From contig JAIDCJ010000019.1 of assembly GCA_029055875.1 (NCBI GenBank), forward strand, positions 26,897 to 90,896: 64,000 nt of DNA. The letters are read 5' to 3'. The notes under the pieces are model-generated. The model was not told the origin of the DNA, searched no databases, and saw only the letters and a list, made by a program, of their open reading frames with translations. Every line of letters begins with the position of its first letter. Within the stretch, counting starts at the first letter, position 1. The stretch comes from Clostridia bacterium. Its GTDB lineage: Bacteria > Bacillota > Clostridia > Christensenellales > Borkfalkiaceae. A program made the translations under genes and the position numbers. This document shows, one piece after another, positions 27,384-37,231 of this stretch.

Positions 27384-28610
27384 TTAAATTGCATTTCCCG
27401 CCATATATCCCGTAGAAAATGCAATTTGCAGGTTAAATCCGCCTGTGTAAGCGTCCACGTCAAGCACTTCGCCGCAGAAATACAAGCCGCTTATCCTTTT
27501 GCTTTCCATTGTCTTTGGATTAATTTCTTTTAACTCTACCCCGCCGGACGTGACAACCGCCTCCTCAAATCCGCGAAGTTTCAAAGGTGCGAGCGGGAAT
27601 CTTTTCAGCGCGTTTATCAGTTGAGCGCGTTCCTCTTTTCTGACTTCATTTACGCGTGTTTCAGGTTTAATTCTACATAAGCGCAAAACGTAAGGAATGA
27701 TTCCCGCAGGGAGCAATCCTCTCATTACGTTCTTGATCTGTTCGTTCTTGCGTTCAGCGAAGTCACGCAAAAGGCGTGCGTCAAGTTGCTTCTCGTCTAA
27801 TGCCGGTTTGAAATCGAGCATAAGAATTACTTCTTGAAGCGGTAAACGATTGATTTCTGCGGAAAGCGACAATACAAGCGGACCGCTGATTCCAAAGTGC
27901 GTAAAAAGTAGTTCCCCCATACGTGAAGAAATCGTTTTATCGTTTCTTTGGGCGGTTAGCACAACATTTTTTAGTGCGATGCCCTGTGCGGAAGAGAAAT
28001 TCTCTTTTAATTCGATTCCGACAAGTGAGGGAACGGGCGTTACAAGCGTATGTCCTGCATCCTCGGCAAAACGGTAACCGTCCCCCGTTGAACCCGTTGC
28101 GGGATACGAAATGCCGCCCGTCGCAACAATAGCCGCATCACACGGATAAAACTCGATATCAGTGATTATTCCCGCAATCGCATCATTTGAAAAATTAATT
28201 TCTTTTACAGTTTCATTGAGACGAATTTGTACTCCGACCGATTTGCACGCCCGTTCCAAGGTTTTGGTAACGTCGCTCGCATGGTCGCTTACAGGAAACA
28301 CGCGGTTGCCGCGCTCCACTTTCAGAGAAAGTCCGTGCTCCTCCATGAACGCCATTGTTTTTTCAGAAGGAAATCCGTATGCCGCACCCGTAAGAAATTT
28401 TCCGCCATGCACAACGTTGCTTAAAAAATCATCGGGCGAGCAATCATTGGTTAGGTTACACCTACCTTTCCCTGTAATATAAATTTTTTTACCGAGCTTC
28501 TCGTTTTTTTCGATGAGGATGACCGAGTTTCCGTTTTTCGCAGCGGCATATGCCGCCATTAAACCCGAAGCCCCTCCACCGATTACAATGACCGTTTTCA
28601 AGAGTACCAC
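27384..28610 (-). CDS. NAD(P)/FAD-dependent oxidoreductase, HI0933/YhiN (BaiN-like) family
   Basis: VIVIGGGASGLMAA dinucleotide fold and a C-terminal GEVLDVDAYTGGFNLQ motif. The start is possibly TTG 28601, after AGGTGG. Confidence 0.8.
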   Translation of the reverse strand: MVLLKTVIVIGGGASGLMAAYAAAKNGNSVILIEKNEKLGKKIYITGKGRCNLTNDCSPDDFLSNVVHGGKFLTGAAYGFPSEKTMAFMEEHGLSLKVERGNRVFPVSDHASDVTKTLERACKSVGVQIRLNETVKEINFSNDAIAGIITDIEFYPCDAAIVATGGISYPATGSTGDGYRFAEDAGHTLVTPVPSLVGIELKENFSSAQGIALKNVVLTAQRNDKTISSRMGELLFTHFGISGPLVLSLSAEINRLPLQEVILMLDFKPALDEKQLDARLLRDFAERKNEQIKNVMRGLLPAGIIPYVLRLCRIKPETRVNEVRKEERAQLINALKRFPLAPLKLRGFEEAVVTSGGVELKEINPKTMESKRISGLYFCGEVLDVDAYTGGFNLQIAFSTGYMAGNAI

Positions 28611-28667
28611 CTGTGTTTGACTTTCGAGAAAGCGAGGGCTAAGCCCTCGCCTAACAAATTACATTTT

Positions 28668-30086
28668 TTATACGGGATAAACGCCTGTCTTTGCGAGGTC
28701 GCTGTCAATCCCCTCATTTTTTGCCTTTCTCCACTTGAAGAAGTTTTCCGCGACTTCGGGGAAAGAAGCATAGGAAAGCACGTCTTCCTCCTGTGTATAG
28801 AATCCTTTTTCCACAAGCTCTGCTTTGAGCTTTTCGTATTCGGGCTCTAAGTCGTCTGCGGGACGGTAGGTAATGCGCCTTTCGCCTTTGAGGATTTTTT
28901 CCGCAACCTCTTCATTGACCGGCATAGGAAGCTGACCGTATTTTCCCGCGAACAAATCACGCGTTTCTTTGGTAACCATTTTATAACGTTCGCCCATGAC
29001 GACGTTCATTACTGCCTGCGTACCGACGATTTGTGAACTGGGCGTAACAAGCGGCGGATATCCGCAGTCTTTCCGAACGCTTGGAACTTCCGCGAGCACT
29101 TCAGACAGCTTCTCTTCTTTTCCTGCCTTTTTGAGCTGATTCATAAGATTAGAAAGCATTCCGCCCGGTACCTGATAGATGAGCGTATTGACGTCCACTT
29201 GGCGAACCTTGGGATTAAGCGAGCCCTCTTTTTCAAGCTCCGCAGCAACCTTTTTGAAGTGCGCTGCAATGGGAATGAGTTTTTCAAGATCGATACCCGT
29301 ATCGTAAGGCGTTCCTTTCAACGTTGCCACAAGCGGTTCGGTTGCGGGCTGCGACGTTCCGTTTGCAAGCGGAGAAAGCGCGGTATCCACAATATCAACG
29401 CCCGCCTGAATTGCCATAAGATTTACCATATCGCCCGTACCCGTCGTGTTATGGGTATGAAGGTGAATCTTGGTTTCGGGTGAGAGCTCCTTCTTCAATG
29501 CGGTAACAAGCTCGTATGCATCGAACGGCAACAAAAGATTTGCCATGTCTTTAATACAGATGTTATCCGCTCCCATGCCCTCGTAAGTTTTTGCAAGCTT
29601 CACGAAGTATTCAAGCGTGTGAACGGGACTCGTCGTATAGGAAATTGCCGCTTCGCAAACGCCGCCGTACTTTTTGCCGTACTTCGTAATTGCTTTCATG
29701 GATGACTCGATATTTCGGGGATCGTTCAAAGCGTCGAATACACGAATAACCCCTACGCCGTTTTCAAATGATTTTTCAACTACCTTTTCCACCAAATCGT
29801 CCGCATAGTTGCGGTATCCCAAAAGGTTTTGTCCGCGAAGCAACATTTGAATGGGCGTCTTTTTGAGGTATTTTTTGAGCGTTCTGAGCCGTTCCCAAGG
29901 ATCCTCGTTTAGGAAACGCATACACGAATCGAACGTTGCGCCGCCCCATCCTTCAAGCGAATAATACCCGACTTCATCAAGCTGTTCCAAAACGGGAATC
30001 ATTTGCTCGGTACGCATACGCGTTGCCGCATGAGACTGATGCGCGTCACGTAAGATTGTATCCATTATCATTACTTTTTTCGCCAT
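28668..30086 (-). CDS. oxaloacetate decarboxylase alpha / transcarboxylase 5S-type carboxyltransferase, no biotinyl domain
   Basis: HMGL-like TIM barrel (DTILRDAHQS, HLHTHNTTG) plus the conserved C-domain. Ends without an AMKM motif. Confidence 0.8.
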   Translation of the reverse strand: MAKKVMIMDTILRDAHQSHAATRMRTEQMIPVLEQLDEVGYYSLEGWGGATFDSCMRFLNEDPWERLRTLKKYLKKTPIQMLLRGQNLLGYRNYADDLVEKVVEKSFENGVGVIRVFDALNDPRNIESSMKAITKYGKKYGGVCEAAISYTTSPVHTLEYFVKLAKTYEGMGADNICIKDMANLLLPFDAYELVTALKKELSPETKIHLHTHNTTGTGDMVNLMAIQAGVDIVDTALSPLANGTSQPATEPLVATLKGTPYDTGIDLEKLIPIAAHFKKVAAELEKEGSLNPKVRQVDVNTLIYQVPGGMLSNLMNQLKKAGKEEKLSEVLAEVPSVRKDCGYPPLVTPSSQIVGTQAVMNVVMGERYKMVTKETRDLFAGKYGQLPMPVNEEVAEKILKGERRITYRPADDLEPEYEKLKAELVEKGFYTQEEDVLSYASFPEVAENFFKWRKAKNEGIDSDLAKTGVYPV

Positions 30087-30112
30087 AATTTACTCCAAGT
30101 TAAGGAAATTTA

Positions 30113-31294
30113 CTACCAAGGTATTGAGAGAAGAACGCCCGCAGCAAGCGCAGATCCGATTACCCCCGCTACGTTGGGCCCCATTGCATGCATTAATAAG
30201 TGATTGCTTGGATCGGTTTCCCGCCCGACGTCCTCGGATATGCGCGCCGCCATGGGAACCGCAGAAACGCCTGCCGAACCTATGAGCGGATTGATTTGTC
30301 CTTTCGTTACCTTAGACATAACCTTTGCCGTAAGCAAACCACCAATCGTACCGCAGTAGAATGCAACAACGCCGATACCGATAATTTTCAGCGTATCCCA
30401 GGTAAGGAAAATATCGCCCTTAGCCTTGCAGCCTACCGCAATTCCAAGGAATATTGTGACCGTATTCATAAGTCCATTCTGTGCCTGCGAAGAAAGACGT
30501 TCCACCACGCCCGATTCACGGAACAAATTGCCCAACATGAGCATACCGAGAAGCGGAACTGAACTGGGAAGTATTAATCCCACGATAAGTGTAACCGCAA
30601 TCGGGAAAATAATCTTTTCCACTTTGGAAACCTGACGAAGCGGTTTCATGCGAATTGCACGCTCTTTCTTCGTGGTCAGCAGCCGCATGATGGGCTTTTG
30701 AATGGCAGGGATTAACGCCATGTAAGAGTAAGCCGCAATGGCTATCATAGGCAATAAGTCCCCCGCCAATTTTTGCGTTACGTAGATTGCCGTAGGTCCG
30801 TCCGCGCCGCCGATAATTGCAATGGCTGCCGCTTCGGCTCCGCCAAAACCTAAAAGAATCGCGCCAAACAATGCTATAAATACGCCAAGCTGCGCGCCCG
30901 CTCCAATGAGCATGCTCTTGGGGTTTGCAATGAGCGGCCCGAAATCGGTCATTGCACCGATACCGAGGAAGATAAGCGGCGGGTAAATGACTTTATCTAC
31001 ACCGTAGTAGAGATACCACAAAAGTCCGCGGTCAGTTACGCTGTCGTAAGTATGCGCCGCATCGGTATACGTTCCCCACAACACGCTTTCCGCACCGGGG
31101 AGGTTAATTAAAAACATTCCGAATGCAATGGGAAGCAGGAGCATGGGCTCGTATTTCTTGACGATTGCAAGAAACATGAGAACGAAGGAGATAAGCAGCA
31201 TTACGTAGTTCTGCCACCCGCCTTGCGAAAGCCCCATGGAATCCCAAAGATTGGAGAATATCGACCCAACGTCGATAAGTAAATTACTTTGCAT
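30113..31294 (-). CDS. Na+-translocating decarboxylase beta subunit (OadB/MmdB/GcdB family)
   Basis: Polytopic membrane protein typical of the family. GGAGAG RBS before ATG 31294. Confidence 0.85.
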   Translation of the reverse strand: MQSNLLIDVGSIFSNLWDSMGLSQGGWQNYVMLLISFVLMFLAIVKKYEPMLLLPIAFGMFLINLPGAESVLWGTYTDAAHTYDSVTDRGLLWYLYYGVDKVIYPPLIFLGIGAMTDFGPLIANPKSMLIGAGAQLGVFIALFGAILLGFGGAEAAAIAIIGGADGPTAIYVTQKLAGDLLPMIAIAAYSYMALIPAIQKPIMRLLTTKKERAIRMKPLRQVSKVEKIIFPIAVTLIVGLILPSSVPLLGMLMLGNLFRESGVVERLSSQAQNGLMNTVTIFLGIAVGCKAKGDIFLTWDTLKIIGIGVVAFYCGTIGGLLTAKVMSKVTKGQINPLIGSAGVSAVPMAARISEDVGRETDPSNHLLMHAMGPNVAGVIGSALAAGVLLSIPW

Positions 31295-31307
31295 GAAAAC
31301 TCTCCGT

Positions 31308-31667
31308 TTACGAAATGACTGCAAGAACCGCGTCTGACTCTACGTTTGCGCCTTTTACTACGTTTACCGTTACCGTTCCGTCGCAGGGAGCAGTAATATC
31401 GTTATCCATTTTCATGGCCTCGAGCACCAAAATGGGCTGGTCTTTTTTTATCTTGTTACCGCTCTGAACGAGTACGTTCTTAATGAGCCCCGGAAACGGA
31501 GAAAGCACTTTCGTGCCGTTTACGTTACTTGCAGTAGCAGCCGGCGAAGGAGCCGCCAAAGGAACTGCTTTCGGTGCAGAAGGCATAGCGGGAACGCCGC
31601 TTGCGTCCACTTCCTCCACGCCCACATCATATTGTTTTCCGTTTACCGTAATAATAAAGTTACGCAT
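31308..31667 (-). CDS. biotin carboxyl carrier subunit
   Basis: Ala/Pro linker and LEAMKM biotinylation motif. Confidence 0.85.
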   Translation of the reverse strand: MRNFIITVNGKQYDVGVEEVDASGVPAMPSAPKAVPLAAPSPAATASNVNGTKVLSPFPGLIKNVLVQSGNKIKKDQPILVLEAMKMDNDITAPCDGTVTVNVVKGANVESDAVLAVIS

Positions 31668-31691
31668 ATATTCCTTCTCCTTATGATACTT

Positions 31692-32036
31692 TTATAATTT
31701 CCTGATTCGTTTTACAACGAAATCACACTTTACGTTTTCGCTCTCATAGACCGCCGCAACTGCCGCAGATATCACCGCTACAAGTTCGGGCGTAACTCCG
31801 TCTTCTGCTTGTTCAATAACCCCTTCCGGAATTTCGTCCTCTTTTTTCTTGCTCTTACGCGGCTTTCTTTGCTTGTGCGGTTTATTCACTTGTTCCATAA
31901 TTTTACCGAGAGCGGTAAATAAAAGAATCAAAATGACAATTCCCGCAAATACGATGAGAAAGCCAAACAGCGCATAGAACGCACCCTCGCCGACTTCGAA
32001 CTGAAACCAATCTAATAGACAATTTGTCATAGACAC
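31692..32036 (-). CDS. small membrane-anchored decarboxylase subunit (OadG/MmdD-like)
   Basis: Single N-terminal TM, basic linker, and position inside the cluster. Confidence 0.5.
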   Translation of the reverse strand: MSMTNCLLDWFQFEVGEGAFYALFGFLIVFAGIVILILLFTALGKIMEQVNKPHKQRKPRKSKKKEDEIPEGVIEQAEDGVTPELVAVISAAVAAVYESENVKCDFVVKRIRKL

Positions 32037-32037
32037 C

Positions 32038-33393
32038 TCACCCGACGAGCGTCTGCAACGACGCCACGAGATATTGCTTTAAGAACTGCGGTTCGATAAT
32101 ATTGTCAAGATAACCGCCCTTTGCCGCATGGAACGGGTCTGCGTTCTCTTCCGTATAGAGCTTTTGAAGCTCCTCTTTCTTTGCTCGTTTTTCATTTGCG
32201 TACTCGATTTCCGCGCCCGTCTGACTCTCGAAAAGTGAAATCTGCGAAGTTGCCAAAGCATAAGTGTAATCGAACCCGACCGACTTTGCCGCAAACAGCG
32301 AATATCCAAGCCCCGCAGCCCTGCCCGTAACAACGGCGATTTTTGCCGTGTCAATCGTATCGAGAATGGACAAATACTCGCAAATCTCTTTCAAAAGTGC
32401 GCTGTTATTGCTTTGCATGGTCTCTTCCACGCCCGTGCAATCTACGAACGTGATAAACGGCAAACCGTAGCAACAAGCAAACTCAGCAAAATTTCTAAGT
32501 TTTTTGACGTTGCCGCTATTTAATTTTACGTTATCGAAAACAGCCGCCGCAACTGCAATTCCACCGATACGGCAAAGCACGGTCTTGACTTCGGGACAGG
32601 AATTGCCGCCGAGTTCTACTCCGTTTTCCAAAACACCAAGAACCGCCTTTGCGTCCGCCTTTTTATTGAGCGCGGGAGAACTCTCATTGAGCTTCGCGTC
32701 GATCACTGGGATAGAAATGAGGTCGGAAATTCTCATGATATGCGAAGCAACTTCCCCCATGTTTTTAACGGAAATTGCAGGCAGAAGCGCATTTCCAAGT
32801 GCGTTATAACCGCCTACTTCCTCTTTTTTAAGATTCTTCCCTTCCTTAGCTGAAAGCACCATGGGGCTCGTAACAGCAAGCGTGCTCTTTTCCGTAAAGA
32901 ATACGCAGTCGCAAACGGAGGCAAGTGCCGCCGAAGAGCCGTACACCTCACCGCAAACCACGGCAAACTGCATAACGGTTCCTTTGAGCTGGGTTGCCTT
33001 CAAAAGCAATTCGGAAATACCCTCAAGCACGTTTACGCCCTCGCCGACCCGCACGCCGTAGGAATGCAGAAGATACACAACGGGGGTTGCATTTTTCTCC
33101 GCCGCGTTCAAAGTTTTGGCGATTTTCTCGCAATTCGCCTTTGAAAGCCCGCCGAAGGACTGTTCAAAATTTTGCGCTACAATATAGAATGGATACCCGC
33201 CAATCGTAGCAAAACCCGTGACAACTCCCTCACCCTGTGCATCTTCATGATAGAAGTTATCTTTGGAAAAGCTGAATGCTGCAAGCTCTACAAAGCTGTC
33301 TTCATCCGTAAGTGCCGCAATCTCTGCCCGCACGTTTTCGGATGCCTTTTTTAGCGTTGCTTTTCGCTCCCGTAATTGTTTGATTTTGTCCAT
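32038..33393 (-). CDS. acyl-CoA carboxyltransferase (MmdA/GcdA/12S-like)
   Basis: Two crotonase-like carboxyltransferase halves. GAGAGG RBS before ATG 33393. Confidence 0.75.
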   Translation of the reverse strand: MDKIKQLRERKATLKKASENVRAEIAALTDEDSFVELAAFSFSKDNFYHEDAQGEGVVTGFATIGGYPFYIVAQNFEQSFGGLSKANCEKIAKTLNAAEKNATPVVYLLHSYGVRVGEGVNVLEGISELLLKATQLKGTVMQFAVVCGEVYGSSAALASVCDCVFFTEKSTLAVTSPMVLSAKEGKNLKKEEVGGYNALGNALLPAISVKNMGEVASHIMRISDLISIPVIDAKLNESSPALNKKADAKAVLGVLENGVELGGNSCPEVKTVLCRIGGIAVAAAVFDNVKLNSGNVKKLRNFAEFACCYGLPFITFVDCTGVEETMQSNNSALLKEICEYLSILDTIDTAKIAVVTGRAAGLGYSLFAAKSVGFDYTYALATSQISLFESQTGAEIEYANEKRAKKEELQKLYTEENADPFHAAKGGYLDNIIEPQFLKQYLVASLQTLVG

Positions 33394-33470
33394 ATAAAAC
33401 CTCTCGGGTTTCAAAAAAACCCAACTTTTACCAGATAACATTATAATGCAAACTCTCTAAAAAATCAAGT

Positions 33471-33510
33471 ATCAAAAACAAAATAATCCCCGTGAAAAAA
33501 TTTCACAGGG
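33471..33510 (-). terminator. intrinsic terminator after the TVP38 gene
   Basis: 10 bp stem at 33488-33497 / 33501-33510 (one G.U pair) followed by a T-rich run on the - strand. Confidence 0.6.
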
Positions 33511-33527
33511 AAATGCAAAAAAATGTT

Positions 33528-34538
33528 TTATTGTTTGGAATTATCGTTCCCGTCCTCTTTCTTTTTTACGCCCTTTTTTACGATAGCACCGTCGGGATTT
33601 ACAACTTCCATCACAAATTCGTCTTTCTCTACTTTCTCCTCTACACGTGTTTCTCTGTGGAACTTTTTCTCGAACCAGGCAAGAATGGCATCAGATTTTT
33701 TATAGAGGAATACGAAAAGCACAATTACGAGAGCGATCAAAATACCCCAAGTGAGCAGTCCCCACCAGGTGTTCAATGGAATCAGCGTTATGGAGTAGCT
33801 CGTCGTAAAAATGGCAAGCACGCGGGAAATTAAAATGATTGCAAAGAAATACCAGACCGACATGGAAGAGATTCCCGCAACGAAGCAGAGAATATCGTCT
33901 GGAAACACGGGTAAGAGAAACATAGCGGAAAGGAAAAGTTTATCCTTCCCCTTAACTTTCTTCAGCCATTTATCAAGCGTTTCCTTACCAACCATCCAGG
34001 CCACCACGCGGTAGCCCGCATACCGACCAATCAAAAAAGCAACGAGCGATCCGATGAGAATACCGGTAAGGCTGTAAATACTGCCCATGAACGGACCGAA
34101 CAAAGCGCTACCCGCAACCACGGTCACGGCACTCGGAATGGGAAGAATGACAACCTGTAAGAACTGCAACAAGATAAAAAGTACAATCATGAAGTTGCCT
34201 GTTCTTTCAAGATACGCCTCAAAGCTCCCCTCGTCCTGAAAGATCTCCATAAACCCTGTTCTAAGCAGGATATAGAACCCGATTGCAAAGAATGCAAGCA
34301 TCGCATAGAGCGTGATACAGCTTTTATAAATTGCTTCTTTCTTTAGAAAGTAGCAAACGATATCCACGGTGAACACGGCAGCGTTAAGAACCGAACCGCT
34401 GGTAAGCGCAAGAAGATAAACCCAACTCTTCCATTCGGTTTTGAAATACGCGAGGCACAATACAAAGAACACTTCAACAAGCGCCGCCGCAAGGAGCATA
34501 CAAATGATATGGATAATTGCCTTTGACGAGTTTTTCAT
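33528..34538 (-). CDS. TVP38/TMEM64 (DedA-related) family membrane protein
   Basis: Multi-TM with the VILPIPSAVTVVAGSALFG..LIGSLVAFLIGRYAG core motif. Confidence 0.7.
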   Translation of the reverse strand: MKNSSKAIIHIICMLLAAALVEVFFVLCLAYFKTEWKSWVYLLALTSGSVLNAAVFTVDIVCYFLKKEAIYKSCITLYAMLAFFAIGFYILLRTGFMEIFQDEGSFEAYLERTGNFMIVLFILLQFLQVVILPIPSAVTVVAGSALFGPFMGSIYSLTGILIGSLVAFLIGRYAGYRVVAWMVGKETLDKWLKKVKGKDKLFLSAMFLLPVFPDDILCFVAGISSMSVWYFFAIILISRVLAIFTTSYSITLIPLNTWWGLLTWGILIALVIVLFVFLYKKSDAILAWFEKKFHRETRVEEKVEKDEFVMEVVNPDGAIVKKGVKKKEDGNDNSKQ

Positions 34539-34583
34539 GATAGACTCCCTATCCTTTATTATACTCGTTTTGAAGGAAAATTA

Positions 34584-35039
34584 TCAAAGTCCGCTTCTTA
34601 TTTTATCGATAGCACCTCTTGCAAGCTCGTCGCAACGGTTATTCAATTCGTTATCGGCGTGCCCTTTTACCTTATGGAAAATAACTTCATGCGTTTGGGT
34701 CAGAGCAATCAGTTTCTGCCACAAATCGGAATTAAGGACGGGTTTTTTATCCGCCTTTTTCCAGTTAGCACGCACCCAACCTTCTATCCAGTTTTCGAGA
34801 AAAGCGTTTACAACGTAAGCGGAATCACTGTAAACGTCTACGCGGCAGGGATATTTCAAGTGTTCGAGCCCTTCGATAACGGCAGTCAGCTCCATGCGGT
34901 TATTCGTCGTTTCCGCTTCACCGCCCGAAATTTCAAGAATGTGCTTTCCGAATAAAAGAATTGCGCCCCAGCCGCCTGCACCGGGATTGCCCGAACACGC
35001 GCCGTCGGTATAGAGCGTCACTTGTTTCAAGTCAGTCAT
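34584..35039 (-). CDS. rnhA: ribonuclease HI
   Basis: YTDGACSGNPGAGGWG, E..ELTA and HADNE catalytic DEDD residues. Confidence 0.9.
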   Translation of the reverse strand: MTDLKQVTLYTDGACSGNPGAGGWGAILLFGKHILEISGGEAETTNNRMELTAVIEGLEHLKYPCRVDVYSDSAYVVNAFLENWIEGWVRANWKKADKKPVLNSDLWQKLIALTQTHEVIFHKVKGHADNELNNRCDELARGAIDKIRSGL

Positions 35040-35121
35040 TGCGAAAGCCCCCCAAAAAAATTGCCTGCATTATAATATCATAAAAAGAAATACTCCAACC
35101 ACTTGAAAGCGATTGGAGATT

Positions 35122-35165
35122 TTTTGGCAGGGGAGACGCGATTCGAACACGCAACCTACGGTTTT
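35122..35165. repeat. att junction: 44 bp copy of the tRNA-Trp 3' part (distal end of the ICE)
   Basis: Identical over 44/44 nt to 60656..60699 (TTTTGGCAGGGGAGACGCGATTCGAACACGCAACCTACGGTTTT). Confidence 0.9.
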
Positions 35166-35211
35166 TCAATCGCGATTCAACCGCCAATCCTCGCCCCAAC
35201 CTAATTCATCT

Positions 35212-35265
35212 AAAAAGAAATAATAAAAAGCACCAAAGAACGGAATGTGCCGTAGACTTTGGTGC
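35212..35265 (-). terminator. intrinsic terminator downstream of the integrase
   Basis: Stem GCACCAAAG/CTTTGGTGC (35230-35238 / 35257-35265) with an inner ACGG/CCGT stem. A long T-rich run follows on the - strand. Confidence 0.6.
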
Positions 35266-35415
35266 ATGATAATCCATGAAAATGTCTACACTCACTCCTC
35301 TCTTTATTCAGTTACTCTTAAAAAAGAGAGGACCCGGGTCGAAACACACCCGTCGGCGCTTATCGCTCCGACCCGTGAGTGCCTATTAAAAATATATCAC
35401 ATATATTTGCAGATG

Positions 35416-36321
35416 TCAACATTCAGCTGCCAATTTTTTGAAAATTTTTCCATTTCTTGAGAGCGGAGTGACTTGTTCGCAGACGTTTTTGAGCTCGTTC
35501 GAATATAACCTTACATATTTCTTCGTTTCTTCCATGGTTCGATGCCCGAGCCAACGTTGCAGCATCATCGCGTTACAGTTATTTTCCACCATGATTTTGC
35601 CGAACGTATAACGGAAAAGATGCACTCCAGTCTTATTTACACCGCATCGTGCCATATAACGTTTGACTGCCTTGTAAACGGTGGAACGATCATACATCTT
35701 TCCACCATCCGTATTCTGAAACAAAGGACCGTCTTTGATATGACTTTTTACTAAATACATTCGCAGCAGGTTATTCAATATGTCGCTCATAGGAAGAACC
35801 AGGACGTCACGATTCTTTGTAACCCTCAACGTCACAAATCCCCTTTCAAAATCGACATCTTCAGCCCTGACATTCCGAACCGTTTTTGAACGTACGCCGG
35901 TATCGAGTATGAACGCGACGAGGACCGAGTCGGAATCGTCAGGCGAAAATTGCATTGTAAGTTTACAAACATCTTCGTCCGATAACGGCGAACGTACCGT
36001 CATTTCTTCGCGTTGGAACACAAAATTGGGAATGGAATATCCCGGCTTAATTTCTTCCTGATAAAAGTGACAAAGGCGGCGAAGCGCTTTCAGACGATTG
36101 TTTATCGTGCGCGGCATACAATCACGCTCCAGCTGAAAAAATACATAATCTTTTACAATGTTGTCCGTAATCTGCTTGAATCTGCTTATGCCCTCTTCTT
36201 CAAAGAATTTCATAAAATCCTTCGCGGATGCAGCATAGGTCTCCAAAGAATCGGGTGATAAATTTCGCACGATGTTGTCCCGCTGCCATGCCTTAATTGT
36301 TTCCTCAATTTCCTTTTTCAT
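35416..36321 (-). CDS. tyrosine integrase (phage integrase family)
   Basis: SAM-like N-domain and catalytic C-terminus (..HLFRYTFG..WLGHRTMEETKKYVRLY). Adjacent to the att repeat. Confidence 0.85.
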   Translation of the reverse strand: MKKEIEETIKAWQRDNIVRNLSPDSLETYAASAKDFMKFFEEEGISRFKQITDNIVKDYVFFQLERDCMPRTINNRLKALRRLCHFYQEEIKPGYSIPNFVFQREEMTVRSPLSDEDVCKLTMQFSPDDSDSVLVAFILDTGVRSKTVRNVRAEDVDFERGFVTLRVTKNRDVLVLPMSDILNNLLRMYLVKSHIKDGPLFQNTDGGKMYDRSTVYKAVKRYMARCGVNKTGVHLFRYTFGKIMVENNCNAMMLQRWLGHRTMEETKKYVRLYSNELKNVCEQVTPLSRNGKIFKKLAAEC

Positions 36322-36456
36322 AGTTCCTCCTTTTCTTTTGTGTATTTGAAAAAAGAACGCCCGTACTCGCGTACAGGCGGACTATCAAAATATCAAGATT
36401 AAAAAAATCGGTCAAGCGATATTGCCGCCCCAAACGCGATTTTTACCTAAAAATCT

Positions 36457-36479
36457 TGTACGTACATTCTGTACGTACA
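36457..36479. promoter_or_regulatory. GTACGTAC tandem pair (a), upstream of int
   Basis: TGTACGTACA-ttc-TGTACGTACA. Confidence 0.7.
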
Positions 36480-36640
36480 CGTTTTTAGCGCGAAATTCGC
36501 CCTCTAAGGCACATACCCCTCATATCGACTCATTGCTCGACACACGGCCGATTTGGGCCTCTCCGTCGATTTCTTGGGGCATTTCTTTGACGATACCCCT
36601 TCTCTTTTCAAAACTCATAGAGAAAGCACAAAAAGAAAAA

Positions 36641-36664
36641 TGTACGTACATGACCGTACGTACA
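36641..36664. promoter_or_regulatory. GTACGTAC tandem pair (b), after the lipoprotein gene
   Basis: TGTACGTACA-tgac-CGTACGTACA. Confidence 0.7.
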
Positions 36665-36690
36665 AAAATGCGATGCGGATATGATTGCCA

Positions 36691-37104
36691 TTATCCGAAT
36701 ACTATTTCTTTTTGCCATTCATTGTAGGACTGTTTTGTACGAGTAAAAACGCGACTTGCGGTTGAACTGTCAATGTCGAGACTGTCTCCCCACAAAAGTT
36801 GATCGTTGTTCGTTAAAACAATATAAGAGGTCACATCACCCCTTACCGCCTGATAGCATTTATCATGCCCTTCCACAGAAGACAAGGTATATTTTAATTC
36901 CGTTGTAGAAGATTCAGTACCATGCTTTGACATCCACTTTAATGTCTCGCCCTTCACTTCAATATAAATATGGGTTTTCGAAGATTCGACATCACATCTC
37001 CAGCTCCCCTCTATCCCCTTATCTCCGCACGCAACGAGTGAAACGCAAGCGAGTACGACGAGAAGCAAGCTCGTAAATACAGCAATCAGTTTTTTCTTCA
37101 TCAT
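36691..37104 (-). CDS. lipoprotein, unknown function
   Basis: Signal peptide with lipobox LVAC|G. AAGGAG RBS. Confidence 0.6.
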   Translation of the reverse strand: MMKKKLIAVFTSLLLVVLACVSLVACGDKGIEGSWRCDVESSKTHIYIEVKGETLKWMSKHGTESSTTELKYTLSSVEGHDKCYQAVRGDVTSYIVLTNNDQLLWGDSLDIDSSTASRVFTRTKQSYNEWQKEIVFG

Positions 37105-37130
37105 TTTACTCCTTTTTATTTTGTGATTTC

Positions 37131-37158
37131 ATTATACGGTTTTTCCAATATTTGTCAA
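37131..37158 (-). promoter_or_regulatory. promoter TTGACA-16-TATAAT for the lipoprotein gene
   Basis: -10 at 37131-37136 and -35 at 37153-37158 on the - strand. Confidence 0.6.
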
Positions 37159-37171
37159 GTACAATGCAGAC

Positions 37172-37203
37172 AAAAAGAAATGTCCGTACGGTTTGTACGG
37201 ACA
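37172..37203 (-). terminator. intrinsic terminator after ssb
   Basis: Stem TGTCCGTAC/GTACGGACA, 5 nt loop, then TTTCTTTTT on the - strand. Confidence 0.7.
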
Positions 37204-37206
37204 TTT

Positions 37207-37229
37207 TGTACGTACACTCTGTACGTACA
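37207..37229. promoter_or_regulatory. GTACGTAC tandem pair (c), 2 nt after the ssb stop
   Basis: TGTACGTACA-ctc-TGTACGTACA. Confidence 0.7.
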
Positions 37230-37231
37230 AC

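Noticed and set aside
36422-36727. 101 aa + strand ORF between int and the lipoprotein gene; also a search for a small excisionase there.
   Set aside because: The + ORF reads through two palindrome pairs and has no RBS. The only - strand candidate (32 aa, ATG near 36618) lacks an RBS and any HTH-like sequence. No xis is called.
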